42,324 bases of DNA from Escherichia coli (GTDB lineage: Bacteria > Pseudomonadota > Gammaproteobacteria > Enterobacterales > Enterobacteriaceae): the NCBI RefSeq assembly GCF_003334785.1, contig NZ_QOWV01000024.1. The stretch is one strand, 5' to 3'. Below are positions 10,380-19,900 of this stretch, piece after piece. The first letter of the stretch is position 1; every line of letters begins with the position of its first letter. The translations under genes and the position numbers were made by a program. Under the pieces are notes generated by a model. The model searched no databases, was not told the DNA's origin, and saw only the letters and a list, made by a program, of their open reading frames with translations.

Positions 10380-11027
10380 ATGACAGCAGAATTTATTATA
10401 CGTCTTATACTCGCGGCAATTGCCTGTGGCGCTATTGGCATGGAAAGGCAAATGCGCGGCAAAGGAGCAGGGTTACGCACACATGTATTAATTGGCATGG
10501 GAAGCGCCCTGTTTATGATTGTTTCGAAATATGGTTTTGCTGACGTGCTGTCTTTAGATCACGTCGGACTCGACCCCAGCCGTATTGCTGCTCAGGTGGT
10601 GACGGGCGTCGGGTTTATCGGTGCAGGTAACATTCTCGTTCGTAACCAAAATATTGTAGGTCTGACGACGGCAGCGGATATCTGGGTGACCGCCGCCATA
10701 GGTATGGTTATTGGCAGCGGTATGTACGAACTGGGTATTTATGGTTCAGTGATGACCTTGTTGGTGCTGGAAGTCTTCCATCAATTAACCTTCCGCCTGA
10801 TGAACAAAAATTACCATTTACAGCTGACATTAGTGAACGGTAATACGGTATCAATGCTCGACTGGTTTAAGCAGCAAAAAATAAAAACTGATTTAGTTTC
10901 GTTGCAGGAAAATGAAGATCATGAAGTGGTCGCCATTGATATCCAGCTTCATGCCACAACGTCGATAGAAGACCTGTTGCGATTATTAAAAGGTATGGCA
11001 GGGGTGAAAGGCGTTTCAATTAGCTAA
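10380..11027 (+). CDS. yhiD: MgtC-family inner-membrane protein
   Basis: The track ORF starts at a TTG (10368); the in-frame ATG at 10380 gives MTAEFIIRLILAAIACGAIGMERQMRGKGAGLRTH..., 215 aa, a MgtC/SapB-like N-terminus matching YhiD. Confidence 0.85.
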   Translation: MTAEFIIRLILAAIACGAIGMERQMRGKGAGLRTHVLIGMGSALFMIVSKYGFADVLSLDHVGLDPSRIAAQVVTGVGFIGAGNILVRNQNIVGLTTAADIWVTAAIGMVIGSGMYELGIYGSVMTLLVLEVFHQLTFRLMNKNYHLQLTLVNGNTVSMLDWFKQQKIKTDLVSLQENEDHEVVAIDIQLHATTSIEDLLRLLKGMAGVKGVSIS

Positions 11028-11068
11028 TCTGTGTGGCAGCGTAGCCAGACTCACCGTAAGCCTGAAAT

Positions 11069-11599
11069 TCACACCAGATAATCAATATGCTGATGGCGTA
11101 CCAGCTCATTGATCCGCTTAAGATTGAGGATCATCATGATATTGTGTTTATGGCAGTAGAACGTTTTTAGCGATATTTTCAGTTTCTCCAGAATATCTTC
11201 CGTTGTCATTTGATTCGCAATGCAGCTCAGAACCTGATGTTGCTTGCGCGAAAGTGACACAGCCGCTTCAGGCACAGAGCAGTAACTGCCATTGATGAGT
11301 GCGACAAAATCAATGATAGTGATAGTCCGCGGAACAAAGGTCACCGGCACTTTCCCCAGGCAGCGTTTAATATTAAAGGGGGAGAAAATAATGACATGGA
11401 CAGGTTTTAATCGTTCAATTTGAGTGAGAAAATTAGAATGAAATACATTATTCATTAATGTATCAATAATGACGAAGGCATTCTGATGCAACATTACGTC
11501 GATCTCTTCTTCGTTCTGTATATGAACGACATTACCTTTACTCAGAATGTTTTTCATCGCGGTGAAGAACATCGTATCCCTGGTAATTATAAGAAACAT
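11069..11599 (-). CDS. dctR: LuxR-family regulator
   Basis: 176-aa ORF (MFLIITRDTMFFTAMKNILSKGNVVHIQNEEEIDV...) with a C-terminal helix-turn-helix; position between yhiD and slp matches DctR (YhiF). Confidence 0.9.
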   Translation of the reverse strand: MFLIITRDTMFFTAMKNILSKGNVVHIQNEEEIDVMLHQNAFVIIDTLMNNVFHSNFLTQIERLKPVHVIIFSPFNIKRCLGKVPVTFVPRTITIIDFVALINGSYCSVPEAAVSLSRKQHQVLSCIANQMTTEDILEKLKISLKTFYCHKHNIMMILNLKRINELVRHQHIDYLV

Positions 11600-11714
11600 A
11601 ACCGACTCCTGGTGCGGACATTAACTTTATAATCAGTTTGCCAAAGGTAATTAACAGGACAGGGCTTATAATAATAATAGTTAGCTTACTGTGTATTAAT
11701 TTGATGTAATGCAT

Positions 11715-11743
11715 GATGCAGATGCTGAGAAAGCATCTGCATC
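11715..11743 (-). terminator. Hairpin just downstream of slp (candidate terminator or 3' stabiliser)
   Basis: gatgcagatgct-gagaa-agcatctgcatc, a 12-bp perfect inverted repeat beginning about 12 nt after the slp stop on the minus strand; the U-tract is weak. Confidence 0.35.
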
Positions 11744-11754
11744 TTTCGGTGGTG

Positions 11755-12321
11755 TTATTTGACCAGCTCAGGTGTTACCTGACTCACCGCATTGGTGTAG
11801 TAAGGCGCACCCCAGCCCGGTTCCGGCCAGAATGCACCATAGCCGTAATCCCACAGGTTATAGGTGGTATTAACCACTTCTCTCAAATGCCACACCTGGA
11901 TGCCCTGCATATTCACTTCCAGGAAGTTATACGGGACTTTATTGATAAAGCCAGGTTGTTCACCCTGAATGGTGCCGAGGATGGTAACAAAGTGATTACG
12001 ATAGTTCACTGGATCAAGGAAGCCGCTTTGTCTGGCGAGCAGTCGGCCCTGATAGTTGGCTTCAATATCAGGCTTCGCATAGCTATCCAACGGTAATACA
12101 GCGATTTCTAACAACGTATCCGTTTTGCCATTGATAACGTTGATAACCTTCCCACCAAAGCGCGCTTGTTGACCAACATATAACCCCGGCTGGTTATGAA
12201 CAGCAACAAAACTTTTTTGAATATCAGGTTGGTTATTGCCTTTGATATTTTGCGGAATTGAACTACATGCGGCAAGCAAAAATGAAAGGCTGAGGATGAG
12301 TGCACCTTTTGTCATGTTCAT
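11755..12321 (-). CDS. slp: Starvation-inducible outer-membrane lipoprotein
   Basis: The track ORF extends to 12354, but the Slp sequence starts at MNMTKGALILSLSFLLAACSS (lipobox LAAC), 188 aa, with an AAGGA Shine-Dalgarno about 8 nt upstream of that ATG. Confidence 0.9.
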   Translation of the reverse strand: MNMTKGALILSLSFLLAACSSIPQNIKGNNQPDIQKSFVAVHNQPGLYVGQQARFGGKVINVINGKTDTLLEIAVLPLDSYAKPDIEANYQGRLLARQSGFLDPVNYRNHFVTILGTIQGEQPGFINKVPYNFLEVNMQGIQVWHLREVVNTTYNLWDYGYGAFWPEPGWGAPYYTNAVSQVTPELVK

Positions 12322-12568
12322 GTTACTATCCTTATCAACAAATATTAAAACCATAATAGATATTTCTTTATAGTTTTCATCTGATTCTGAGGTGATATGC
12401 CTGATAGTAACGTAAACCTGTCTGATGTTTATATCCTTTCTGTTTAGGTGAACTCAGTTAATTTTGGGGCGTGACATGAATATCCATCACCCCATAATAT
12501 AGTGCATTGTTTTAAAAGTACATAAAATCTATTTTTATTCAATGATTATAAAGTGCTAATAATCAATA

Positions 12569-13792
12569 TTATGGTATTATATTCTGGTAATGATTTGATA
12601 AGCGAATTCTTTTACCAGATGGTATTTCTATTTCCACCCCATAATTTATATCTTTTTCATTAGGCAGTGGCCTCTTTAAATAAGGCGTGTGTGACATTTT
12701 TTTTGGGTTAAGCGTCTCGTATTGAAATACTTCGAATTGATATTCAGACATTTCTGCCCATGTTTGAATTTTATTGTATCGGGAGAGTGTCGTAAAGGCT
12801 TTAACTTGCTTATAACATTGTTTTTGGAATTCTTGCTGATATTTTAATATGTCATTGTATGAAAGATTGGTTATCCTGGCCTCTAAAAATTTAATTATTG
12901 TCGAAGCAATTTCCGCTTTTGCTCGTAAAAGGTTGTCATTAATGGTTAATAATGTTGAAAATAAACCTTCGATTTGTTTGTCAAGATATTGTCCATCTTT
13001 ATATAATTTGGGGGTAGGGTGTTCTTTATGTAAAAAAATAGTGTCACCTAAATTTGCGTCAGTGAAATTTATATTAAGTAGATCTTCGAAATAAAACCTT
13101 GACAAGGTTAGAACGAACCCGGACAGGTTCTGTCCTGTCATATTGAAATCAATAAAGTTGGTTCCGGCAAAGACTTTCATCCTGTTTTTATTTTCACTGT
13201 GCTCAATATATAACTTCGTCATTTTTTGATACAGGCTTTGAATATCTTTTATATTAGTTGGTAAGTCAGCTCGTTGTTCAGCAATAAAATTAGTATCTGA
13301 AAACATGGTTTGGACACTGAATGTTATGGGTATTCCCTCTTCTACGCTAATTTTAGTTATGATTGCCTTGTCGGGTTTAGGATTAGCGATAACAATGATT
13401 CGACATTCAGCACTTTTGTTTTTTTCATATCTAATGTTATTAATCTGATTAAGTATTGATTGTGTCTGTTGCGTAAGTTGTGTCGAACTTATCGTTTCAA
13501 TGTTAGTAATAAGACTTACAAGTTGAGCCACAACTTTTGAGTAGTCTGCATTTGTATATGTAGTGTTCGTGTGGCACGCATTAATTTGTTGAAGTTGGTG
13601 TTGCGCTAAATCATATTGATCAGAGATATATCCTTCTCCAGAGAATGTGGAATTAATGGGTTGTTGTTCTTCCCAATTATCGCAAGGCCACTTCGGTGTG
13701 TCTGGCGTTTTAGCATTATCGGTATTTGTTGTGCAGTTATAAATATCGCCGTGATATGTATTTATTATACCTGGGGTAAAGTCAATTGACAT
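12569..13792 (-). CDS. yhiS: Uncharacterised AT-rich protein with a central pentapeptide-repeat tract
   Basis: 407-aa uninterrupted ORF between slp and arsC, the position of yhiS. In MG1655 this gene is split by IS5; here it is intact. Identification is by position and partial recall. Confidence 0.75.
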
Positions 13793-14270
13793 AAAATTCC
13801 TTATTCATCATTTGTTTTATGCTAAGATGTTTAAATTGGATAATTAGAACAGGAATGGATTTTCTTCTACACACAATAAATGTAATGCGTTATATCTTCC
13901 TGATATAATTACCTTTGATTTCCCTTTTATCTCCACCCGGTAATATTTGTGTGTAAAAAAAGGTAGTGATAGTATCGTAAAGGAAATCGTTAACAACTAT
14001 CAAAATGCGCTCATTTTAAAAAGTTATTATGTTCTCTGATAGTGTGTGAAGTGATTTTTTTTTGTGATGTTTTAGATGTGTAATAATAAAATGGGTTAAG
14101 GTATCTTATAATTATTTAATAATTTGTTGTGTAAACCACTGATAAATCATAATCCAGTACGTCTTTAAACTACTGCGCTGTATCGCTGATAACTAAGCAG
14201 CTCACTGATACACCATGCTGGACGCGATAATTGGAATCTCACGCAGGGAGTACTGTGTAAATAGCAAAAT

Positions 14271-14372
14271 CGCCTGATGCGCTACGCCTGTCAGGCCTAC
14301 AAATAACATACTATTCATCGAATTTTCATAACTTTGTAGGTCGGATAAGACGCGCCAGCGTCGCATCCGACA
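14271..14372. repeat. REP (BIME-like) palindromic element pair
   Basis: gcctgatgcgctacgcctgtcaggcctac ... gtaggtcggataagacgcgccagcgtcgcatccgac, two inverted REP-consensus-like units downstream of arsC. Confidence 0.6.
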
Positions 14373-14420
14373 TAAATAAAGCGCACTTTTCTAACAACCT
14401 GTGGGGGGGATATCGCCGCT

Positions 14421-14846
14421 TTATTTCAGGCGCTTACCCGCTTCATCAACCACTTTCTCGCCATCTTCCTTGGAGAATGCGCCTTTTTGCGCATCTGGCA
14501 GAATTTCCAGCACCACTTCTGAAGGGCGGCACAGGCGAGTTCCCAGCGGCGTCACCACAATCGGGCGATTAATCAGAATCGGGTGCTGAAGCATAAAGTC
14601 GATTAACCGATCGTCAGTAAATTTATCTTCCGCAAGGCCCAGCTCCTCATACGGTTCGACGTTTTTACGCAGCAGCGCGCGTACGGAAATCCCCATATCG
14701 GCAATGAGTTTGACCAGTTCATCGCGCGTTGGCGGAGTTTCCAGATAATGGATAATGGTCGGTTCTGTGCCGCTGTTGCGGATCATCTCCAGCGTATTAC
14801 GCGACGTGCCGCAGGCCGGGTTGTGATAAATGGTAATGTTGCTCAT
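14421..14846 (-). CDS. arsC: Arsenate reductase (glutaredoxin-dependent)
   Basis: 141-aa ORF (MSNITIYHNPACGTSRNTLEMIRNSG...) with the catalytic Cys in the HNPACGTSR motif. Confidence 0.95.
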   Translation of the reverse strand: MSNITIYHNPACGTSRNTLEMIRNSGTEPTIIHYLETPPTRDELVKLIADMGISVRALLRKNVEPYEELGLAEDKFTDDRLIDFMLQHPILINRPIVVTPLGTRLCRPSEVVLEILPDAQKGAFSKEDGEKVVDEAGKRLK

Positions 14847-14858
14847 ATCAGTATCTCA

Positions 14859-16148
14859 TTACAAAGTGAAAGAGAGACGTAGCGCCAGCGCAGCCAGCGT
14901 CACAAACAGCACAGGCAGGGTCATGATAATCCCTGTACGGAAGTAATATCCCCAGCTGATAGTCATATTCTTCTGCGAAAGTACGTGCAGCCAGAGTAGC
15001 GTAGCCAGGCTACCAATTGGGGTAATTTTCGGTCCCAAATCGCAGCCAATCACATTGGCATAAACCATCGCTTCTTTGATAACGCCAGATGCCGTGCTGC
15101 CATCAATGGACAACGCGCCAACCAGTACCGTCGGCATATTGTTCATAATAGAAGAGAGGAAGGCGGTGAGGAATCCGGTGCCGAGCGTCGCGGCCCACAG
15201 GCCGTTATCCGCCAGCACGTTGAGTACGCCAGAAAGATATTCCGTTAATCCGGCATTGCGCAGGCCATAAACCACCAGATACATGCCGAGCGAGAAGATG
15301 ACAATCTGCCAGGGGGCACCGCGCAGGACTTTACCCGTATTAATCGCATGACCGCGTTTAGCGACGACAAATAATATCAGCGCGCCCACAGCTGCAATGG
15401 CGCTCACCGGAATGCCGAGCGGTTCCAGGACGAAAAATCCCACCAGCAGAAGCAGTAAAACAACCCAGCCAGTTTTGAACGTAGCAGGATCTTTGATCGC
15501 TTCTGCGGGAGATTTCAGCAGCGCCATATCGTAGTTCTGCGGAATATCTTTGCGAAAATAGAGATGTAACATCACCAGCGTGGCAACAATCGCGGCGATA
15601 TCCACCGGCACCATCACCGAGGCGTATTCGCGAAAGCCGAGGCCAAAGAAATCAGCGGAAACGATATTCACCAGGTTGGAGACAATAAGCGGCAGGCTGG
15701 CGGTATCGGCAATGAATCCGGCCGCCATCACGAACGCCAGCGTAGTGCCTTTACTGAACCCTAAAGCCAGCAGCATGGCGATGACAATCGGTGTCAAAAT
15801 AAGCGCCGCGCCATCATTGGCAAACAGGGCGGCAACGGCAGCACCGAGCAGGACAATCCAGGTAAACAGCAAGCGACCACGACCATTACCCCAGCGTGAG
15901 ACGTGCAGCGCCGCCCATTCAAAAAAGCCGGACTCATCCAGCAGCAGGCTGATGATAATGACGGCGATAAACGCAGCCGTCGCGTTCCAGACGATATTCC
16001 ACACCACCGGAATATCACCCGGATGGACCACGCCCGTAACTAACGCCAGTACTGCGCCGAGCGTTGCACTCCAGCCGATGCCTAAACCTTTCGGCTGCCA
16101 GATAACCAATACGATGGTCAGGACAAAGATAGCGCCTGCCAGTAACAT
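14859..16148 (-). CDS. arsB: Arsenite/antimonite efflux permease
   Basis: The track ORF extends to 16169; the ATG at 16148 is preceded by GGAGG at a 5-nt spacing and gives [25 protein letters not shown]..., 429 aa, a polytopic membrane protein. Confidence 0.9.
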
Positions 16149-16201
16149 AATGCCTCCCGGATAAAACACATCTGAAAATTCATATGTGTTTAGCTAAATT
16201 T

Positions 16202-16555
16202 TTAACTGCAAATGTTCTTACTGTCCCCGGAACAGTTTTGTCGAGCCAGGTTGCGGACAATCGCCTGAACCTTTTCCTGTTCACATCGCCAGGCCTCATC
16301 AATAATTTTCGCCGCCCATGCTGGAATATGCGGTGATAAGCGGTAATGAACCCACTTACCTTGCTTGCGGTCCAGCAATAGCCCGCTTTCACGCAGCAAT
16401 GCCAGGTGGCGGGAGATCTTGGGCTGCGACTGGTCGAGAGCAGTGCAGAGATCGCAGACGCATAACTCTCCCAGTTCGCTGAGCAGTAAAACGATGCCCA
16501 GACGGGTTTCATCAGCAAGAATTTTGAACAATTGGATGGGTAACAGAAATGACAT
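16202..16555 (-). CDS. arsR: Arsenic-responsive ArsR/SmtB-family repressor
   Basis: 117-aa ORF containing the metal-binding ELCVCDLC motif. Confidence 0.95.
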   Translation of the reverse strand: MSFLLPIQLFKILADETRLGIVLLLSELGELCVCDLCTALDQSQPKISRHLALLRESGLLLDRKQGKWVHYRLSPHIPAWAAKIIDEAWRCEQEKVQAIVRNLARQNCSGDSKNICS

Positions 16556-16601
16556 ATTGCGCTCCTGATTGTTGCAGGTAGTGTCTCTCTTCGAAGCGGA
16601 T

Positions 16602-16623
16602 AAGTCAAAAACATATATGACTT
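16602..16623. promoter_or_regulatory. ars promoter and candidate ArsR operator dyad
   Basis: Perfect inverted repeat AAGTCA-N10-TGACTT about 50 bp upstream of the arsR start. On the minus strand it overlaps a TTGACT -35 hexamer, with GACACT 17 nt downstream. Operator function is inferred from position and symmetry. Confidence 0.5.
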
Positions 16624-16705
16624 AACGAATGTGTAAGTGCAGAGGAAGGTAATAGGTGTGAATTTTGAGTTGGCTATTCATTTGAAAGGAGGTCTGAATC
16701 AGGAC

Positions 16706-16790
16706 GTAAAAAAACCGACTTTGCGTCGGTTTTTTACTTTCCAGCCCTGAGTTGGTGGCTCTGGCTGGAGTGAGAGAGTTCTTATCTAAC
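16706..16790 (-). ncRNA. agrB: AgrB small RNA (antisense regulator of dinQ); approximate ends
   Basis: First copy of a roughly 100-bp direct repeat (16701-16805). On the minus strand a TTGCAA-N17-TAGTAT promoter-like pair precedes it, and it ends at a ccgac-tttgc-gtcgg hairpin plus U-run. Its core ctctggctggagtgagagagttcttatctaaca is almost identical to a segment inside the dinQ 5' region (17189-17221). Confidence 0.55.
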
Positions 16791-16935
16791 AGCTCAATAC
16801 TATTAGCCAGTGGCTAACATTGCAAGAATTAGCGATTTCTTCAGCTGGCGGAGGGAGCACTTCGGTATATATCGCAGTGACGATTTATATACTTTCACTG
16901 GGTCATCGTCATATTAAGCCTTGTCCGAATCCGGA

Positions 16936-17021
16936 TGTAAAAAAACCGACTTTGCGTCGGTTTTTTACTTTCCAGCCCTGAGTTGGTGGCTCTGACTGGA
17001 GTGAGATAGCCATCATCTAAC
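16936..17021 (-). ncRNA. agrA: AgrA small RNA; approximate ends
   Basis: Second copy of the repeat (16931-17035) with the same terminator hairpin and a TTGCAA-N17-TAGCAT promoter-like pair on the minus strand. It diverges from the dinQ target segment more than the agrB copy does. Confidence 0.5.
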
Positions 17022-17085
17022 GCATCAATGCTAATACCATACTGAAACTATTGCAAGGACGTGCTGGTTTTATAACCTGCATGTA

Positions 17086-17101
17086 CTGTATGATTATCCA
17101 G
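17086..17101 (+). promoter_or_regulatory. LexA box (SOS operator) of the dinQ promoter
   Basis: CTGTATGATTATCCAG fits the CTG-N10-CAG LexA consensus and lies about 200 bp upstream of the dinQ peptide ORF. Confidence 0.65.
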
Positions 17102-17294
17102 TTAGCTCTGAGGCATTTTCACTCTGGCAATGCGCATAAACGCTTTCAAAGTCCTGGTCAGAAGTACGGGTGGTGCCGTTAACTGATGCTCTGGCCGGAG
17201 TGAGAGAGTTCTTATCTAACAATGAGACATGCGCCGTGACAGGCAGTGGATGAGTAAGCGGATGCATTCTCACTCCATCGCATGGAGAAAACGG

Positions 17295-17378
17295 GTGATT
17301 GATAAAGCAATCATCGTTCTAGGGGCGTTAATTGCGCTGCTGGAACTGATCCGCTTTCTGCTTCAGCTTCTGAACTGA
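17295..17378 (+). CDS. dinQ: SOS-induced single-transmembrane toxic peptide (type I toxin)
   Basis: GTG-initiated 27-codon ORF VIDKAIIVLGALIALLELIRFLLQLLN with GGAG 7 nt upstream, too short for the ORF track. In-frame ATGs also occur at about 17229, 17250 and 17262, so the true start is uncertain. Confidence 0.65.
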   Translation: MIDKAIIVLGALIALLELIRFLLQLLN

Positions 17379-17395
17379 TAGCGGAAACGTAATTA

Positions 17396-17425
17396 AGGGC
17401 TAAGAGCACACTACTCTTAGCCCTT
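17396..17425. terminator. Bidirectional terminator shared by dinQ and gor
   Basis: Perfect 12-bp inverted repeat aagggctaagag-cacacta-ctcttagccctt between the convergent dinQ stop (17378) and gor stop (17432). Confidence 0.55.
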
Positions 17426-17431
17426 TAACAT

Positions 17432-18784
17432 TTAACGCATTGTCACGAACTCTTCTGCCGCCGTTGGGTGAATGGCGACGGTATTGTCGAAGTCTTTTTT
17501 GGTTGCCCCCATCTTCAGCGCCACCGCGAAGCCCTGCAACATTTCGTCCATACCAAAGCCAATGCCGTGAATACCGACAATCTTCTCTTCCGATCCAACG
17601 CACACCAGCTTCATGCGGCACGGCTGGCGGTGAGTGGTGACGGCGGTATACATCGCGGTGAAAGAGGATTTATACACTTTCACCTGATCGTCGCCATACT
17701 GCTCGCGCGCCTGCGGTTCCGTTAAACCAACAGTACCAATCGGCGGATGGCTGAAGACCACGGTCGGAATGTTGCTGTAATCCAGATGCTCATCCGGCTT
17801 GTTATTAAACAGGCGTTCAGAGAGACGGCGACCCGCTGCAACTGCCACCGGTGTCAGCTCCACTGCACCCGTGTTATCGCCCACCGCGTAAATACCTTCA
17901 ATATTGGTGTTTTGATATTTATCGACGACGATATAGCCTTTTTCGTTAGTTTTAACGCCAGCGGCTTCCAGGTTGATGTTGTCATTGGCAGGCTCGCGAC
18001 CAATCGCCCAAATCAGGCAATCCACCGTTTCACTGCGACCATCTTCCAGCTCCAGCGTCAGGCTACCATCGGCATTTTTCACTACCGCTTTCGGGATGGC
18101 GTTGGTGTGCAGCTGCGGGCCTTCGGCGTTCATCACTTCGACCAGCGTTTCGGAAATCATCGGGTCGAAGCTGCGCAGCGGCGCATGTTTACGCACAAAC
18201 AGATGCGTTTTCGCGCCGAGGCCGTTAATCACGCCCGCCAGCTCAACGGCGATGTAACCCGCGCCAACAACCGCCACGCGCTCTGGCAAAGCAGGAAGGG
18301 CGAAGAAGCCATCAGAATCAATACCGTATTCCACGCCCGGAATATCCGGGTGGCTCGGACGACCGCCTGTGGCGATCAGAATATGATCGGCCGTGATGGT
18401 TTCGCCGTTTACCTCCAGCGTTTTGGCATCAACGAAGCGGGCAAAGCCTTTGATTACATCAACGTTATTTTTACCGAGCACGTTTTCATAGGAAGTATGA
18501 ATACGGTCGATATAGGCGGTACGGCTGGCGATCAACGTTTCCCAGTTGAATTTATTGATAGTGGTATCAAAACCATAATCCGGGCCGTACATATGGATCG
18601 CTTCACGGATTTGCGCCGCGTGCCACATCACTTTTTTCGGCACACAGCCAACATTTACGCAGGTGCCGCCCAGCTCTTTGGCTTCAATCAGCGCACATTT
18701 CTGGCCGTACATAGCCGCGCGGTTGATGGAGGCGATACCGCCGCTGCCGCCGCCGATGGCGATGTAATCATAGTGTTTAGTCAT
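17432..18784 (-). CDS. gor: Glutathione reductase
   Basis: 450-aa ORF ([34 protein letters not shown]...[13 protein letters not shown]) with the FAD-binding motif and the redox-active CVNVGC disulfide. Confidence 0.95.
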   Translation of the reverse strand: MTKHYDYIAIGGGSGGIASINRAAMYGQKCALIEAKELGGTCVNVGCVPKKVMWHAAQIREAIHMYGPDYGFDTTINKFNWETLIASRTAYIDRIHTSYENVLGKNNVDVIKGFARFVDAKTLEVNGETITADHILIATGGRPSHPDIPGVEYGIDSDGFFALPALPERVAVVGAGYIAVELAGVINGLGAKTHLFVRKHAPLRSFDPMISETLVEVMNAEGPQLHTNAIPKAVVKNADGSLTLELEDGRSETVDCLIWAIGREPANDNINLEAAGVKTNEKGYIVVDKYQNTNIEGIYAVGDNTGAVELTPVAVAAGRRLSERLFNNKPDEHLDYSNIPTVVFSHPPIGTVGLTEPQAREQYGDDQVKVYKSSFTAMYTAVTTHRQPCRMKLVCVGSEEKIVGIHGIGFGMDEMLQGFAVALKMGATKKDFDNTVAIHPTAAEEFVTMR

Positions 18785-18855
18785 GACAAAGTGTCCTTAT
18801 CGTTGATTACCGCGATTGTAGCGCGAGACGTAATAGGTGCCAGCAATGGCTGCAA

Positions 18856-19698
18856 TTACTCCGGCACGATCCAGCTTACGGTGGCGTGCCCGGTGCCTGC
18901 CGGAACCAGTTTGCTGTGCAGCCACGGCAGCACGTTATTCATCTGTTGTTCCAGTTTCCACGGCGGGTTAATCACAATCATGCCGGAAGCGGTCATGCCA
19001 CGGCGATCGCTGTCTGGCAGTACCGCCAGTTCAATTTGCAGAATTTTGCGAATACCGGTCGCTTCCAGATCGTGGATCATGCGCTTAATTTGCTGACGCA
19101 GCACCACCGGATACCACAGTGCGTAAATACCAGTGGCGAAACGTTTGTAACCTTCTGCTATCCCGCTGACCACCGCTTGATAGTCAGTTTTCATTTCATA
19201 CGGCGGGTCGATAAGGATTAAACCACGGCGGGAAACCGGCGGCAGTTTGGCCTTAAGCTGCTGGAAACCGTCGGCTTTTTCGACACGCGCACGGCTATCT
19301 TTCTGAAATTCAGAACGCAACAACGGGTAATCGCTCGGGTGCAGTTCGGTCAGTTGCAGGCTGTCCTGTTCACGCAGTAGCAGGCGAGCAATCAACGGCG
19401 AACCGGGGTAGTAACGCAACTGACCGCTACGGTTGAAGTGTTTTACCACATTGATGTACGCCTCCAGTTCTGCGGGCAAATCGTCCTGCTGCCAGATACG
19501 GGCGATGCCTTCGAGATATTCGCCGGTACGCTCGGCATGTTCGCTGCCTAACTGATAACGCCCGGCCCCTGCGTGGGTGTCGAGATAGAGAAACGGTTTA
19601 TCTTTCTCTTTCAGCGACTCGATGATCAGGCTCTGAACGGTATGTTTAAGGACGTCGGCGTGGTTGCCAGCGTGAAAGCTGTGGCGATAACTGAGCAT
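18856..19698 (-). CDS. rlmJ: 23S rRNA m6A2030 methyltransferase
   Basis: The track ORF extends to 19749; the RlmJ sequence starts at MLSYRHSFHAGNHADVLKH (280 aa), with the ATG at 19696-19698. Confidence 0.9.
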   Translation of the reverse strand: MLSYRHSFHAGNHADVLKHTVQSLIIESLKEKDKPFLYLDTHAGAGRYQLGSEHAERTGEYLEGIARIWQQDDLPAELEAYINVVKHFNRSGQLRYYPGSPLIARLLLREQDSLQLTELHPSDYPLLRSEFQKDSRARVEKADGFQQLKAKLPPVSRRGLILIDPPYEMKTDYQAVVSGIAEGYKRFATGIYALWYPVVLRQQIKRMIHDLEATGIRKILQIELAVLPDSDRRGMTASGMIVINPPWKLEQQMNNVLPWLHSKLVPAGTGHATVSWIVPE

Positions 19699-19900
19699 GG
19701 GTAAAGGTGTTCCGGTAAGTAAAAATCGGCCCGTATTCGGGGCGCACAAAAGCGTATCAGGACAGTATACCGAAAAGAGGCCGCCGCCGCGAAAGCGTAA
19801 CGTTTCTCATTGAAATTCACTACACTTAACCCCATGCTACACACATTATGTAAAGCGCCTGTTGAGCGCTTCCTTAACCTCTTTAACCAGGACTGCGCGA

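Noticed and set aside
12322..14420. IS5 insertion expected between slp and arsC, as in MG1655
   Set aside because: No transposase ORF or IS-sized insert is present; yhiS is a single uninterrupted 407-codon frame. The strain differs from MG1655 at this locus.
16680..17240. Possible CRISPR array suggested by three direct repeats
   Set aside because: Only two full copies and one partial copy, each about 100 bp with their own promoter-like and terminator elements, and no short regular repeat-spacer periodicity or cas genes. These are the agrA/agrB/dinQ repeat family.
17747..19096. 449-codon plus-strand ORF spanning the gor and rlmJ region
   Set aside because: It is antisense to two well-supported genes (gor, rlmJ), crosses their intergenic spacer, and is Arg/His/Ala-rich as expected for the reverse frame of GC-rich coding DNA; a shadow ORF.
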